DNA of 64,000 nucleotides from Trichoplax adhaerens. Taxonomy: Eukaryota; Animalia; Placozoa. The position numbers and the translations under genes are program-made. The notes beneath the pieces are model-generated. The model did no database searches, was not told the origin of the DNA, and saw only the letters and a program-made list of their open reading frames with translations. The stretch spans positions 1,237,836 to 1,301,835 of the forward strand of contig NW_002060949.1 of NCBI RefSeq assembly GCF_000150275.1, given 5' to 3'. Position 1 is the stretch's first letter, and each line of letters starts with the position of its first letter. This document shows, one piece after another, positions 11,529 to 25,700 of the stretch.

Positions 11529-14223
11529 ATGGCGAATAAACGAACCTTATATGTTGGTAAGTTAATCGCTATTCTGTAACACTCTATCGTGAATATTGCT
11601 ATGCATATATTGCATTAATTCACTCATGTTATGTTCATGTATAATGACTGGCTATACATATAGTGTCTGTAAACCTGATCTCTTTTTTTACTATGATGCT
11701 TGAAAATAAATCATGGTAGATGGTGATTGTCTACTTGCTTGTACAATATACTATAATTTACAATTATTAAAAATAATGTATTATCGCAGGTGGTTTGGCC
11801 GAGGAAGTAGATGAAAAAGTTTTACATTCTCTATTAATTCCTTTTGGAGATATTGTCGATGTTCAGATACCTATGGATTATACAACACGTAAGTTAGCAA
11901 TCTCAGACATAATGCTTCGTATTATTTTCATGCAGAGGTAGACGATGTAGTTTTAATTTCTCCGCTTTTAAATAAACAATAACCAAAATTTCTGATTGGA
12001 TTGTATAAATAATTAGAGAAGAACCGAGGATTTGGCTTTGTAGAGTTTGAGCAAGCTGAGGTAACACATAACGTTATGCGCATATCTACCGATTATTGCA
12101 TTGTTACAAATAGTATGCTACTTGCCTAAACATCTGCATACTTTAGAAGTTTAAAAAGAGACTAAGAGAAACTGGTGTAAGAAATGCCTTGTTCTTAATT
12201 TCTTAGGAGGCCGCAGCTGCTATGGACAATATGGTCAGATTTCATTATAGAAATAGCATCTATTCATACGCTACGTAGTTAATTAGATCTAAAGGCTATC
12301 TCGATATATCAGGATGAAGCTGAATTGTATGGAAGAACGATACGTGTTAATATTGCAAAACCTATGAGGATCAAAGAAGGCTATAGCAGAGCAGGTAACA
12401 TAAATCTATATAAATGGGCATAAATACGGAAATTTTTCAAGCTAAACTTTACCACAGTATAAATCATTTTACTAATTACTAGCCAAAATTTTGTTGTAAT
12501 AGTTTGGAGTGAAGATTCTTGGTTGAAAGAACATGCAGGTATAGCAGTTGTAGCCCTATACTGTGATATCGATGAGAGACATAATATCATCTTTAAGTTA
12601 AACTATAAATTATCATTGACTTGCTTATCTAATAACTCGAAAGTCTGTACTAGGTTTATAACAATTATTTCTTTGCAAACGTTATGCAAAACGAATAATG
12701 ACAAGGAATTATATTAACATGTCTCGATTATAGGTGAAACTTTATCCGATAATAAAGAAGATAATGAAGATCGGAAACGTAGCTTAGAGGCTTCTGATGA
12801 TGTAAGATAGAAAAAATCTTAAAGTCTCTAAGCCAGCATGATTGTTATATTTTTAATTGGTCTATTAGTGTATACTTTGTACTTATATACCTATTGATGT
12901 ATGTATGTATGTATTGCCGACGTACATAATCCAGTTGCTTAATTAGGTGAATAGTCTAATTTTAAATTAATCAATATCGAAATCTCTATCGATGCTATTA
13001 TTACATGGTAAAATTATTATCTAGACTGCTGAAGAGACTGATGCTAAGCGTCGATCAAACCCTCGTGTATACTTTGATATCAAAGTAGGTAGCAAGGCCT
13101 GCGGAAAAATTATTATGGAGGTACCTTCGTAATATTTATTTTGTCACTTAAAAGCAACCGTGAATTTAATTAGTTATTCTAATATTAATTATCAATTTAT
13201 TTCGATAGTTATATTACGACGTAGTTCCGAAAACTGCTGGTAATGTCCTTCGGAATACCCCTTCAAATAATTTTTCATTTTTACGTTTACAATTAATAAT
13301 TGATGGAGTAGAAATCATCTCAAAAATCCGGTTTCGATAATGTTTAATTTAGTGTACGCTTATTAGAAAATTTTAGAGCCCTATGTACCCATGAAAAGGG
13401 ATTTGGATACAAAGGAAGTAAATTTCATAGAATCATTCCACAATTCGTATCCTTATACAAACTTAATATCCTTCGGTTATCATGATTACCCTTTTCAATA
13501 CTACTATGTTATGACATTCTTAATCGATATAACATCAAGATGTGCCAAGGTGGCGATTTTACGAACCATAATGGCACAGGAGGTATTGATCCCATAAATT
13601 GAAGATAAACGCTGTATTTGATAGGGATGTTCAATCTGGGACTGATTTTATTTTTCTAGGTAAATCGATATATGGTGCAAAATTTGCTGATGAAAATTTT
13701 ACATTGCGTCACGATGGACCGGGTAATGACTTCAACATTAGAAATAGACTAAAGATAGTCATTTGTTCATGATTTTAAAGATCTTAAAAGGTGAAATCCC
13801 ATGACCACTTACTGTAAAATTAATATAGGTACGTTGTCTATGGCAAATAGTGGCCCGCATACCAATGGATCACAATTTTTTATTTGTACCGCCAAAACTG
13901 ATTGGTAAAATGACTAGCATCTCAAACTTTGACCGATCGAGCCATCTATTATAATCATACAGTATTATCTTATCAATGTCTATATGATTGCATTCTTAAT
14001 TCTTCGCAGGCTAGACGATAAACATGTTGTATTTGGCAAAGTTATTGAGGGGATGAATATTGTACGTCAAATGGAGGTGAGAAAGAAATTGGACTACTTT
14101 TGCTTTGTTTGGATGGAGAAATGTAATTAATTTTTTTTTTTATTTCTATTTGTTAAGAACGTTGGTTCAACATCTGGTAAAACTAGTCAAAGAGTAGTCA
14201 TTGCAGACTGCGGTGAACTGTAA
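11529..14223 (+). CDS. PPIE: Peptidyl-prolyl cis-trans isomerase E (cyclophilin E / Cyp33): RRM plus cyclophilin domain (multi-exon)
   Basis: Exons splice to an [43 protein letters not shown]...[46 protein letters not shown]. The cyclophilin domain follows: NPRVYFDI...[53 protein letters not shown]...[35 protein letters not shown]...VVIADCGEL* (TAA 14221-14223). Confidence 0.97.
13447..13539 (+). other. U12-type (minor spliceosome) GT-AG intron in PPIE
   Basis: 5' splice site GTATCCTT, branch-point-like TTCTTAAT (13517-13524) about 15 nt before the AG, and no polypyrimidine tract. Removal joins IIPQF|MCQGGDF in frame. Confidence 0.8.
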
Positions 14224-15036
14224 GAATGTAATATTTGGTATACAAAATTGGCCTATCTATGTTCCATTGTATACTCTGTCACGAGTATCTGCAACGCACG
14301 AATCTTCACGGCTTTTCTGTAATTTTTCAATGATCTGACTGCTGTACCACTCCTTGTAGTATTTTGTCGAAATCTGTAAATGTCTTACACTGTACGCGGT
14401 ATGAAGTAGCCCATGTTTTCATAGTAACTAATTTAAATATTTTATACACGCAACAATCGTAATCTAATGATAGATTGTTATTAGTTGAGCCATAACTTAA
14501 ATTTAAAGGCTTCGAAAACAATTTAGTAAAATATTCTCGAGCTGCTACAGTTGTATGTCATTTACTTACTGAAAAATTTTATTGTTCTATATCTTTACTA
14601 CTTTCAATAAACATATCCAACATTGATCTTTCATGACAACTATGTTAATTTATTCCATTTCTAATCCAAAATATTGACACTTAATTTTTGTATGACATGA
14701 TATCTACTCCCTTTATAGGAATAGTAGTGCTAGGCAACTCATTTGCACAGCAGCATAGCTATCATAAACGAGTATTGGTAGTGCTATGAGACAAGTTATA
14801 CAGTTTTATCATCATTCTATACAATTAACTACTATTATTTTAATGACTGTAGAATTACTTATTTGTTGTTAATATTACTATTAGTAAATGAAAAAGTCAA
14901 CTGCCAAAAAAATGTATACATGTATTTATATTCATTCGTCTATAAGATCATTAAACATCTATTTTACGGCAGCAGTGATATTATTATTTCGTACTGTATA
15001 TTTGGAAACTAGTAATTAAACTTATCAGATTGTTGG

Positions 15037-15860
15037 TTAAGCGTTTTCTTCAGTCTCATATGTAATCTTAATCACCTAAAGGTGAGATGTTGGTACATTG
15101 TTTTAGCTATTAAAACTACGTTCTGTACATTTAGATAACGTATCATTTAAGATGAATCAAATATACACGATCGATGAAGTTTTGCCTTAGCTGATGTATC
15201 AACAGAACTGACAGATTCATCTTGCCAAGTGTTTATTCCTTTCTTGCGATGATTATCAACATCAGTAAAATGAGACATTACTCTTCTGTAAGATGAATCA
15301 TTCTCAGCTTTTCCTTGGGTTTCAGCCTATTGGAATGACAATCAGAAATGATAGTAATATTTAAGAAAACTAATCGTTAATACACTATAAGCAATCCCAT
15401 TATGATTTGAAAGCTTTATCACCTTTGGCTTCGATTCTATGGAACGAGCGAAATCTTTTGTATAAGTTGTTTCAAGATATCTGCGATAATTGTAAAGAAT
15501 GAATTTATTATATAAAGGAGAGAGGACGAAATGTTATTTAGTAAGGCCATAGAATAGCCGTTTACATGACTGGAATCGGTGAATAATCCTAGTGAGTTAG
15601 TTAGTAATAGCTATCTTATATCACAAACGACTCCATTACCATGAATGAAAGCTAAATACCTTTTGCCATGCTCTTTGCCGTGTTGTGGTAGTACATTTTT
15701 GTAGTTAGCGAGAAAAGTTTCATTATTTCTACAAATGTAGTGCAAAAAGGAATATACTAATTTATAGCTGGCATTCGAAATAAATCTCTCTCTTGCTATA
15801 TCGGTATATTGACGATTATACACTGCTACTTTCAGCTTTTTAGAGTAGTAGATTAAATTA
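15037..15860 (-). CDS. CFAP95: CFAP95 (C9orf135)-like ciliary microtubule inner protein; 5' end unresolved
   Basis: Exons give KKLKVAVYNR...NYKNVLPQHGKEHGKRYLETTYTKDF...SYRRVMSHFTDVDNHRKKGINTWQDES, resembling the C9orf135 motifs FPRHP..TTY..DY and SQFTD....RFGINTWHDES as recalled. The stop is either 15147-15149 (read-through) or 15037-15039 (spliced last exon). Confidence 0.72.
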
Positions 15861-15966
15861 CTATAAGAAAGATTTCAATTTTAATATTTCTACATTTGTT
15901 AGAAATACTCGAATTTTTGTTATAGCTACAATATTGCTTCCCGTATTTAAATTGAATGTACAAGAG

Positions 15967-16047
15967 CAGCAGGGACTTCTCAATGATAAATTTGATACTA
16001 ATAAAAATCGTATTTNTGCGAAATTTATCATTGAGAAGTCCCTGTTG
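15967..16047. repeat. Long inverted repeat (24 bp perfect arms, 27 nt spacer)
   Basis: CAGGGACTTCTCAATGATAAATTT (15970-15993) and AAATTTATCATTGAGAAGTCCCTG (16021-16044), extendable by 3 pairs with one G-T. The spacer contains the window's single N (16016). Confidence 0.9.
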
Positions 16048-16730
16048 ATAGAGTCTAATCTTAGTAGTAGATACATTACAACTAGGCAGCTAAAATTTCG
16101 TCACGAAGATAGTAGCTCTGGGTGTAATTCTCGCTAAGTTGCAAACCAAAACAATAAATCTGCTTCGCTGGGCATAATTTGCGATCAAACTGTAGCTAAG
16201 AATATTATTTATAAGTATAATACAAATATCCGCTACTAGAGTTTTTACGATTAAACTTTCATGCCGCAACAATTACTAGCAACCAAATATTGTAGTGTGA
16301 TAAACGAGTTGTCGATATTTACTACAGATACACATATACTAATGATATAAGCTCACTAATTAAATAAGGGAAGAAATTCCTACACATTAAAACGATAACT
16401 ATTATAATAAACAGATAATTATGCATATATATCTATAGCATGAGTGCAAAACAGAGCTAGTATCTCTGCATTATTAATATAGAAATGTAATTAGCACCAG
16501 AATGAACAACATTTTATTATTAATTTCATGATTAAATATAATAATTATAATTTTGATAACTTTTACGTTATTCCTTGTATATATGTGATTTAAGATATTA
16601 AAAAGCTATTACTGAAATTGAATACAATTATTATTAAAGAAATCATATAGGTAATAATAGGAGTATAACTGTTAAAGGATTTAAAACAGAATCAAAATAT
16701 TTTAACACTGCTAATTTTCATACTATTTTA

Positions 16731-19700
16731 CTAAATATAGGACAACTGGCATTCGCCATACAATACTTCACCACTACTAGAAACGACGTTTCTTAATTCT
16801 TGAGTTCTACGAGGTTAAAAAATAAAATAAATGCATTGCTCGTAAAAATTCATAAATCATAACATTTAATATGATTAAAACCATTCATTGGATATGTTAC
16901 ATATCTAGCAAGTATTTTACTTACTGATCGACTAAAATTATACTCTTTATGCAGCCTTCAAAATTATTTCGAGTGGCGATAGGTTGATTATAGTTTGCTG
17001 GGATACCTCCAACATAAAAGTGGCCCGTTCTTGCAAACGAAAAAGATTCCGTAGTAGTGTTGATACCAAGTTCATTCGTAATTAATGGCGCTTGTTTATC
17101 TATGATGACACTGAATCTAAATATGCATGAAAGTATGTAACATACAGAGAAATATAAGTATTTAATAATTTCATCATAAATAGCAGTTATGCAGAAATAG
17201 TGACTTATTACTGAGCTATAACTTATCATAGTCATTATTAACAGAATCATACGTGCTCGAACATTTTTTAAGAGTATATATTATATTTTAGGTACTCGAA
17301 AAAACTTATGCCTTGACTGAATCTTTTAACACATAGTTCACCTTCTATTATTTTTAACAACTTGAACAAAATGCCACATGCTATCATTTAATTGCAGCTG
17401 TGAGGAAACAGAAACCTGAACACCATCAAATCTAAATTCTGCTTGCAGACGACCACTTAATAACGTGAAAACAAAGCGTCTCTAATGAAAAAATAAAAAT
17501 ATTTACGGATCATAACTGATCAGTATCTTAAGACTGAAAGTAATTAATGGATCTGTAAACGTATGTATAATTTATCACCATTGCATTTCCATTTGATCCT
17601 GTCATTATTACTTGATTACTACTACTAGTGCGAAAGGCAAAAGCCATTTTACTAGCTTCACTAATGTTAGGATAAACCACCATGCCGCTACCATTAAAAG
17701 ATATTTGATAAGAGGATATCTATAAAACAAAAGAATACGAAAACTAAATCATTTTTAATTTTTATAATAGAGTAAAAACTTTTAAAAGAAAATCTGATAA
17801 GCTATTAAGCATATTAAATAGGTTACAGTATATCGAAGTCTTATCATCTCTGGTATCAATAAGCGCTGTCAATATCGAAAATACAAGCTAAAAATTGCAG
17901 TATATTTAGCATATCTATTAACCCAATAGACAAATATAATACCAAATTTTATAAGTACTGTAACGAGGTCGGTGATGCATTAGATCATAAATGTTAGTGA
18001 TTACAACTGAAAATTAACTATTAAATATTAGCATATAGTACCGCGACATTTGGGCATCCATCAAGTATGTTATATCTTGCTCGAATAAGTATACTTTGAC
18101 CACGGAAGGTCGGATTGGTAATACATCCAATATAGCCAGTTCTAGTCAGTCCCTGACTATAAGTAAAATAAATAATATCATGGATTCGTTGAGCTATTAT
18201 AAGAGGGAAAGATATTGATAATCGTGATACAGGTGAATAGGCGTATCAAAGAGCAAATAAAACGAATTTATTTGGCTGTAATTACATAATATCCTAAATT
18301 TTCTGAACAATTTTTAGCTACAATAAAATTATTAGAGTGATCTTTAATAATATCAGAATTTGCATTTATTAAATTGAAAATAATGCAACTTACGGTATGG
18401 TATCAGAAATTTGAATTCCACCTAAATAGAATATAGTACTTGGCCAAGTACCTACGCTAGAGGGAAAACCGCTGATATCTCCGGCGTTAATAGTTTCTAA
18501 GTTCCTATTGTTGCTCCCATCAATAATATTAATACGAAATTCTCGATTATTTACTGTCGATGTGAAGAAGCTAAGTCGAACAGAATACGATTTCCCAGTG
18601 TTATACATCGCAGATGATTGGATAAGGCTTTTAACATTGTCAACTTTAACTGTACCAATAATGTGACCTTGCTTAATTTCGAGAGCCATGTAACTATGAT
18701 CAGCCAACTAGAAATTAGTGACAGTGATTAGATCCTAACCATATTGAAGGAGCTGTAATATTATACGAGTTTGCATAATAATACAAACATGGTACATCAA
18801 TACTGAGGTTATACATTCATTTATAAAAATTACCGCTTGACTGCTTCTATTGCTATAACGGGGTAAATAAAATAGCAAAGCATCTGACTCAAATGTTCTA
18901 ATTCCAAATTCACATATAAAGTCCGTAGGATTGAAGGAATCACCAACATAGGAATAAATATATCCATCGCCATCGAAATTATATGTAGACGCTTGGCTAC
19001 TAAGTCGAAAGTAAGGTCTGCATAAAGAAATTAACATCAATAAAAGAAATCAATTTCTTATACTCCTTTTTGTAGTTTATTAAATTAAATACGTATTTAA
19101 AATATCATTCGTATAACACGAATATTATTAATAATTATTAATTACCAATTTATGGGACAGACTCAGACTAGTTACACCCAAATTCATTGCTAACCTGTAG
19201 CTTCCAGAGCAAACTTGACATTGTCCACTACTATTTTTATATGTCCATAAGGGAATTAATCGGTCATTATATCGTAATTCACCAATGCATCCCCAAAACT
19301 GTCTTTGCTGTATTTCTGAAGATAACTATAAAATTTAGAATAAAAGTTATAAATTTTCAATTTATTATCGAATATAGGTTTTTCGTTATCTTCTGGATAA
19401 AATATACTATTCGTAACTGACTGACTTGTAAACAAAATTATTTATCATACTATGAATCAGCAATATAAAGAATAATTTATTTATATTTTAGTTCAGCTCA
19501 GCATTAGTTACGAGAAAAACATGCATTTCAAGTTTCATTCCATTTATGGACAGTTACCGCATATATCAGAGTTTAGTAGATTTTAATAATGACGAATTAT
19601 GACATTTTGTTATTTGTAAATTTTTCTTATAGCAAAATGGCAACTACTGACTAATATTATACTGTATATTGTATGTAATATTGCCATATAAGTCATAAGA

Positions 19701-22700
19701 TTTATATGTGATCAGTTTGTTGGATCTATTAGTAATTATTCATAAAAAACTATGAAAGAGGCCAACTACACATAAGACCTCTAAATTTTTGAAACTATCT
19801 TGGGTCAATAACTAGCTTACCGATGCACTGTCGGGTATACCAGGAGCATATACGCTACCAGAATCGTGAAATACATATGAATCTCGGTATGAAACGGATG
19901 CATTAACTTCTTGCCGATTGTTCAAGGTGTGATTTGTAATTAACGATAGGTAAGCTCTATTTCCATCTCTTCTCATCACAATAGTATACCATTGGTTGAG
20001 ATTGATCATCGTTGGATGGTTTAATGTTGTGACCCCAACACCTAAATTAATTTTACCTACAACTCTCGAATTGATTACTTCAATAGACAGAAATTGATCC
20101 TTTAATAGAAAAAAGGGTGAGAAAGTGAATGTGGGGTAGGATGTAGCCCCGTCAAAATGAATTATACCTAAATACCACTGATGGAAAATTATGAACAAGA
20201 TACATTATTCTAAATGTTATTTTAAGATGAACACCTTTACTATCAGGAGCAAAATTATTTATAAAGAATGAAATTTTACATTTCTTTAAGTATAAATTTA
20301 CTTACGTTGGCATAACCAGGTACATAAACAATGGCAGCATTAGCTCGATTAACTTGTATGGTAGCCTGAAGTGAATTAGATGTTGTGAAAGCTGATGAAG
20401 TTTCATATTGACGATGACAATTTCCACTGGCTGATTGAAGCGATAAACGGAGCTGAAGCATAAATTAATAGAAAATATGAACTGATATATTTTCAATCTC
20501 AAGAATTCTATTAGATTGAAAGGGTCTTTAAGTAATGGTGTAGGATAAATGTGATGAGATCTAGAAAATTTTTGATCCTTATCCTATTCCTAAGCAAAGA
20601 TTTCGTAGACTAGATATCCTGTCCGAGACAACACATCTAATCTGCAACCGATCGTATAAATGCTACATATTTCTAACCATGTAATATTAACAAGCTATAG
20701 ACAGAACATTATGTAACAGTCGTTTTCTCATTTCTATATAGTAAATTTAGATTGATAAATACATGCGTTCTAATAGTTTAAATCCTGTCGATATAAATTC
20801 TTGGTCCAACTTACTCTAGCAGATTGTTTTTGGGCATATTGGAATTGCCGTTTAATGCGAGACATGTTGGAAAATAGATGATTTTGAAAATCTTGCATAT
20901 AATTTAAATTCTCTTGAACAGCATTTGATTCATTTGAAACATCTGTTAACACACTATCGGCCACAGAGACTAGGTAAAAATAAAGTAAAATATTAGTATA
21001 ACATTGCAAGTAACACAGTCAGTTATTAGCAGTATTATACAAATATTAAAACAATATTTATATCTTTAATTCTGGTGACTACAGCAAAGCTTAATATCAA
21101 TATCAGAGAAATATCTATTCTGTGTCCATAGCCTATTTCCTGATCTTATTTATAACAGAATCAAAATTGATATTGTAAATAATAATATAGGTTACTAAGA
21201 GCATTACAAAGATATCAACCTCCATCTACAGACTAGTTCCAGACTTTATTCTTGATGTTACTCTACTCAAATCGAAATACTTACTGTTACTAATCACATC
21301 ACTTTCCGATAAAATGTCATTTTTAATGGCATCTGTATTACTTAAGTCTGCCTTTATCAACGGACTTAATTTGTTGAATTCTTGCTGCATTTGTGTAAGC
21401 AAATCATGTGACCTATTTTGCACTGTCCATGTTTGCTCCAACCGAGATTGGATAGCTATATAAAATGATCATATATTTAAAGGTAATATCATGAAATCAG
21501 CTGGTCAATCGCAGCAAATAGTGAACTATAATGGCCTAAATTGAGATTATTGAATGTTGATATAATTTCGCACCACTCTTTTCCGTATACCTGAGTTTTC
21601 AATTTCAGCATCAATTACAAATTGGTTAAGCCTACTTCGGTCTTCTTCCATAGATATTGATAAAGCATTAAGCCTATCAAGATCGGATTGAAGCTGTGAC
21701 AATTTATTTGGTATATCTATTCAGATCAAAACGGGTAGAATAATTCAATGTAGTCATTTTTCAGAGGCATGCAGGATTTATAATAAATTAAGAACGATTA
21801 TAAGATCTAATTTCATGCTTTATCATAGGATCATGCATACACCGTCTGCTAATAGATTATCTTTTCTAAGGCTTTCTTACTTGTCATATTGATGACTGTC
21901 TCTAGCTTAGATGCATTCTGATAAATTCGTTGACTTTCATTGACTGCTATTCCAATCTCTCCGTTTAGCTGGTTCATCTATATAATAGATGGAAATCATA
22001 CATGATTGGTGATAAAATATCTCGATAAGGAAACAAATTATAAGAATATCATTTAATTACATACATCAACTTATTTTTAAGCTAAGACGATTATAATCTT
22101 ACTTTAGTACTTAATTCAGAAACATTTTTATTAAGTTCTCTCGCTTCAGATACCAATAATGGGATTGTTACACTGCCATTAACGAAGACACTGCGAGTAG
22201 TTTCAGCATCTTCGAATAGCCTAAGTATTAAAATTTTTGTATTCAGTAAGTTTTAACAGAGTATTATGTCATAGTAAGTCAATTCAAAAATCACATATAG
22301 GCTATCGCCTGGCTGATATTGAACATCACTAAATTTTTATTTAATAATGGACTGAGATCATCTATATCTAATGTTATTTTAATCAAACGATAATGTGGAC
22401 CTGAAAGTATACTCATAACTCATATCTGAAAATCCTGAAATAAATCGAGGTAAAGTTTAAATGGTTAATTATAAATAAGATTACTTATTGATACGACCAG
22501 AAATATTTCGAATTTCCATAGCATATTTTTGAGCTATGGTAAATAATCCTTCAGTTCGGGTCATATTTGCAGCAATCGAATTCCGAAATTGATTTATGAC
22601 CATGAGATTAGTATCTAATCGATACATGTTGGATATAGCTGCCTGAAACGGTCGAAAATAATACGGAATAGCACTGAGGAGCATTATTCATAAACTATCA

Positions 22701-25700
22701 GAATTACATTCACTGAATAATATTAAAATTTGAGAAATCTACATCATTCGTCAATTAGTATCACTTTTAGCAATCGATAATATTTCAATCTTAACCTTAT
22801 AAACATAGCTTGCATCCAAAAGTAGAACTCGAGATCGAACTATTTCATTATTGGTATAATTTATAGTTTTTCTGATAATCATTGTTATTAAATTGAGTTG
22901 TTGAAATAATGCCTAAATCATAAAGTAGACAGGTATCAATATTCTGCATTGAATAGAGATTTACAGTTGGTACCGTTATTAATCCACAAGATAAATATAA
23001 CACCATTGTTAATTGACTCCAATTAAGCGTATAAAGTATTGAATGAAATAAAAAGTGCACATTTAGAAAATATATACCTTATTTGTGAAAATAAAAACCA
23101 TTCATACATTAATAATGATTTGCTATACCTCTGCTCTTCTAACATCAATATCATTTTGGTTATTTATTGTGTTGACAGCTGCCACCAATGTAGTAACATT
23201 GCGGGCTACATTAACACTTTCTACTACTTTAGATTGTATTTGATTGAAAAGAGGGTCTAAATCCGTTAATTGCTTCTGTTGTTGATGATATGCTGATTCA
23301 ACATTGTTAGCGTCTCTTAGTAGAGTCGTGGAATCGGCCAAGACCGTACTTGTTAAAACTTCTACTTCGCCTAGAGCATTTTGTATCAAGTAAAAGAGCC
23401 GACGAGCCTCTTGCAGCATATTCGTATCATTCCATTTGGTAGTGTTATACCATAATGCATGTTGCACAATAGACTTCATTTCGTCGATTAATCCTGTTAA
23501 CGGTATTACAATGGTTAATCAATCGATTTAAGTTCATATTACTTAAGGATTGAATCTAATACATTAGTAAAATATAACTCAGTCCTTTACGGACAAGTAA
23601 ACTCAGTATGGCTAAAAAATAGTGTATGAATATATGTAGAGTAATAATGTATAACGATGTTAACCAACCATTAACTCGAGCAGTGACAGCGACGGCGTAG
23701 GTATGTAGAACAATAGATCGATTTGACACGTCTCCGATAGAGGATTGTATACCAGTAGCATATTCTTTTGCATCGCTTGCCTACATAATTGAGTTAAATT
23801 GAAGAAAGAGCATATCAAATTATTGCCATTAATGATCATGAAATGCATTTTTCGTATAGAAATAAGTAATAATACCTTTCTCATTTCTTGAAGTGATAAA
23901 GGTTCGAGTGACCTTGCCAAGCTATCTAAATTGATAGTCTATAATTTAAGTATTTCCATAGATAATGAAAATTATTAGTACAGGGATGACACTAAAGGTC
24001 AATGTAAAAATAAAAATTTTATTATTAGTGTTACCATATCTAAATTATTGCCATGAAGATTAAGTAAAGTATTTAAATACGTAATAGTGTGCAAATAAGA
24101 TTGCGTGCTCCCTCCAGTCTATACTCTACAAGTACATCTGATTTAAACACGACTGTACAATGTAGTAAATATATTTTTTATTCAAGTAACTGTATCCAAT
24201 TAATAGTTATAATTTTGGGTATTCAGATATATAATGTGAGTTAACGCATAAGGATCACCTGATATAGCAGATTTTAACCATCATTTTTATCATTAACATT
24301 AGTGTATCACTATCGACATGGATAAATAAATTACCTGGCCGGTATTATTAATGCCCAAAATAGAGCTCGCATTAGCAAGCATACTACGATATTGGGCAAG
24401 TTCAATCTACGGGTAATAGAATATTTAGTAAAATCATCAAGTCATTTTAATTTATATCAACAGATATCGTTTGAAAATTCTTTAAAGGGATACCTCCGAT
24501 TGATTAATTCTTTGTTCCAATCTTCGCAATATATCATTCGGTGCATTTGCCACATCTTGAGCTAAATCTTGTAAACGAGTTTTGTTCAACTGTTGAATTA
24601 ATGGCATGATGCACTGGTTTCCACAATCTTTCATAGTATAATGAAAATATTAGTAATAATACAATATCATTCCGAACAAGATGTCTCATACTGGCTTATT
24701 GTGCAGCAGTAAAATTACTAGATATTACGATAACATAGCATTAACAAGTTAATTTTTTCAATGGTGAGGTTATGTCATTCAATGAATAAGAAATTTCGTT
24801 AGAGTCAAATATAACTTGTGACTGGTTCTAATGGAACAAAAATAACTTTATATTTGTACTTACTAACGCAGCTGCCTGATTGATTGTAGTGCATAGGGCG
24901 ACATTGATCGCATTTATCGCCAATATTGCCATCTTTACAATAGCACCGACCTTGATTATCGCATAGTGCTCCTCCATCGACAGATCCATTAACGTTACAA
25001 TTGCAAGCTATAACACAATTAGAGGCAAGAATCAATCATGAGGCCGACCACCATAACGAACTGTAACTCAGCTAACTTGCAACATGCGATTAAACTTATT
25101 CAGCCTGCTATAACTAGCCTTATTAATAATACACGATATATCGAATTACGTAGTGTATAATAATTTTTAATCATTCAAATAGTTTGAGAATCATATTCAA
25201 TCCTTAAAATGAACATTTACGTTACTCTAATCTGCCTACAAGTGAATAGCCTATATCAACCATAGTGCACATTTACTTTATTGTGGTGAGCAAGAAGGGA
25301 TAAAAAATAATAAAGAGATTCAGCAGGTGGACACTAGCTAGTCCGATATCAGGTGAGATGCTAGTATATGAACATGCACATTATAGACGCTTTGTTTCTG
25401 GAAAGTAAAATATGCGTATATATGCAATAGTGCTCAAATAAGCAAAAGTACGATTTGCAAAATTTTATCAATGTGGGAGAAAGAACAGTTTCAATAGGAA
25501 GAATTGATACCTTAGATAGTTTAGACGATTCAAATTTAAAAATCTTAAATGATAGGCTTATAAAAGAATAATAACGCTGTTAACATGAAACAGCCACTAC
25601 TTTACTAATACTTTAGTGAATCTTTTCTTTTCGTGTATCTATTTCCTTAAGATTGATACATACACGCCCTTAAATTACTCGTGCGTCAATACTTGTATTT

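Noticed and set aside
24407-24493. Laminin intron beginning GTATCCCTT as a U12 intron
   Set aside because: The donor deviates from GTATCCTT and there is no CCTTAAC-like branch point near the AG; more likely U2-type.
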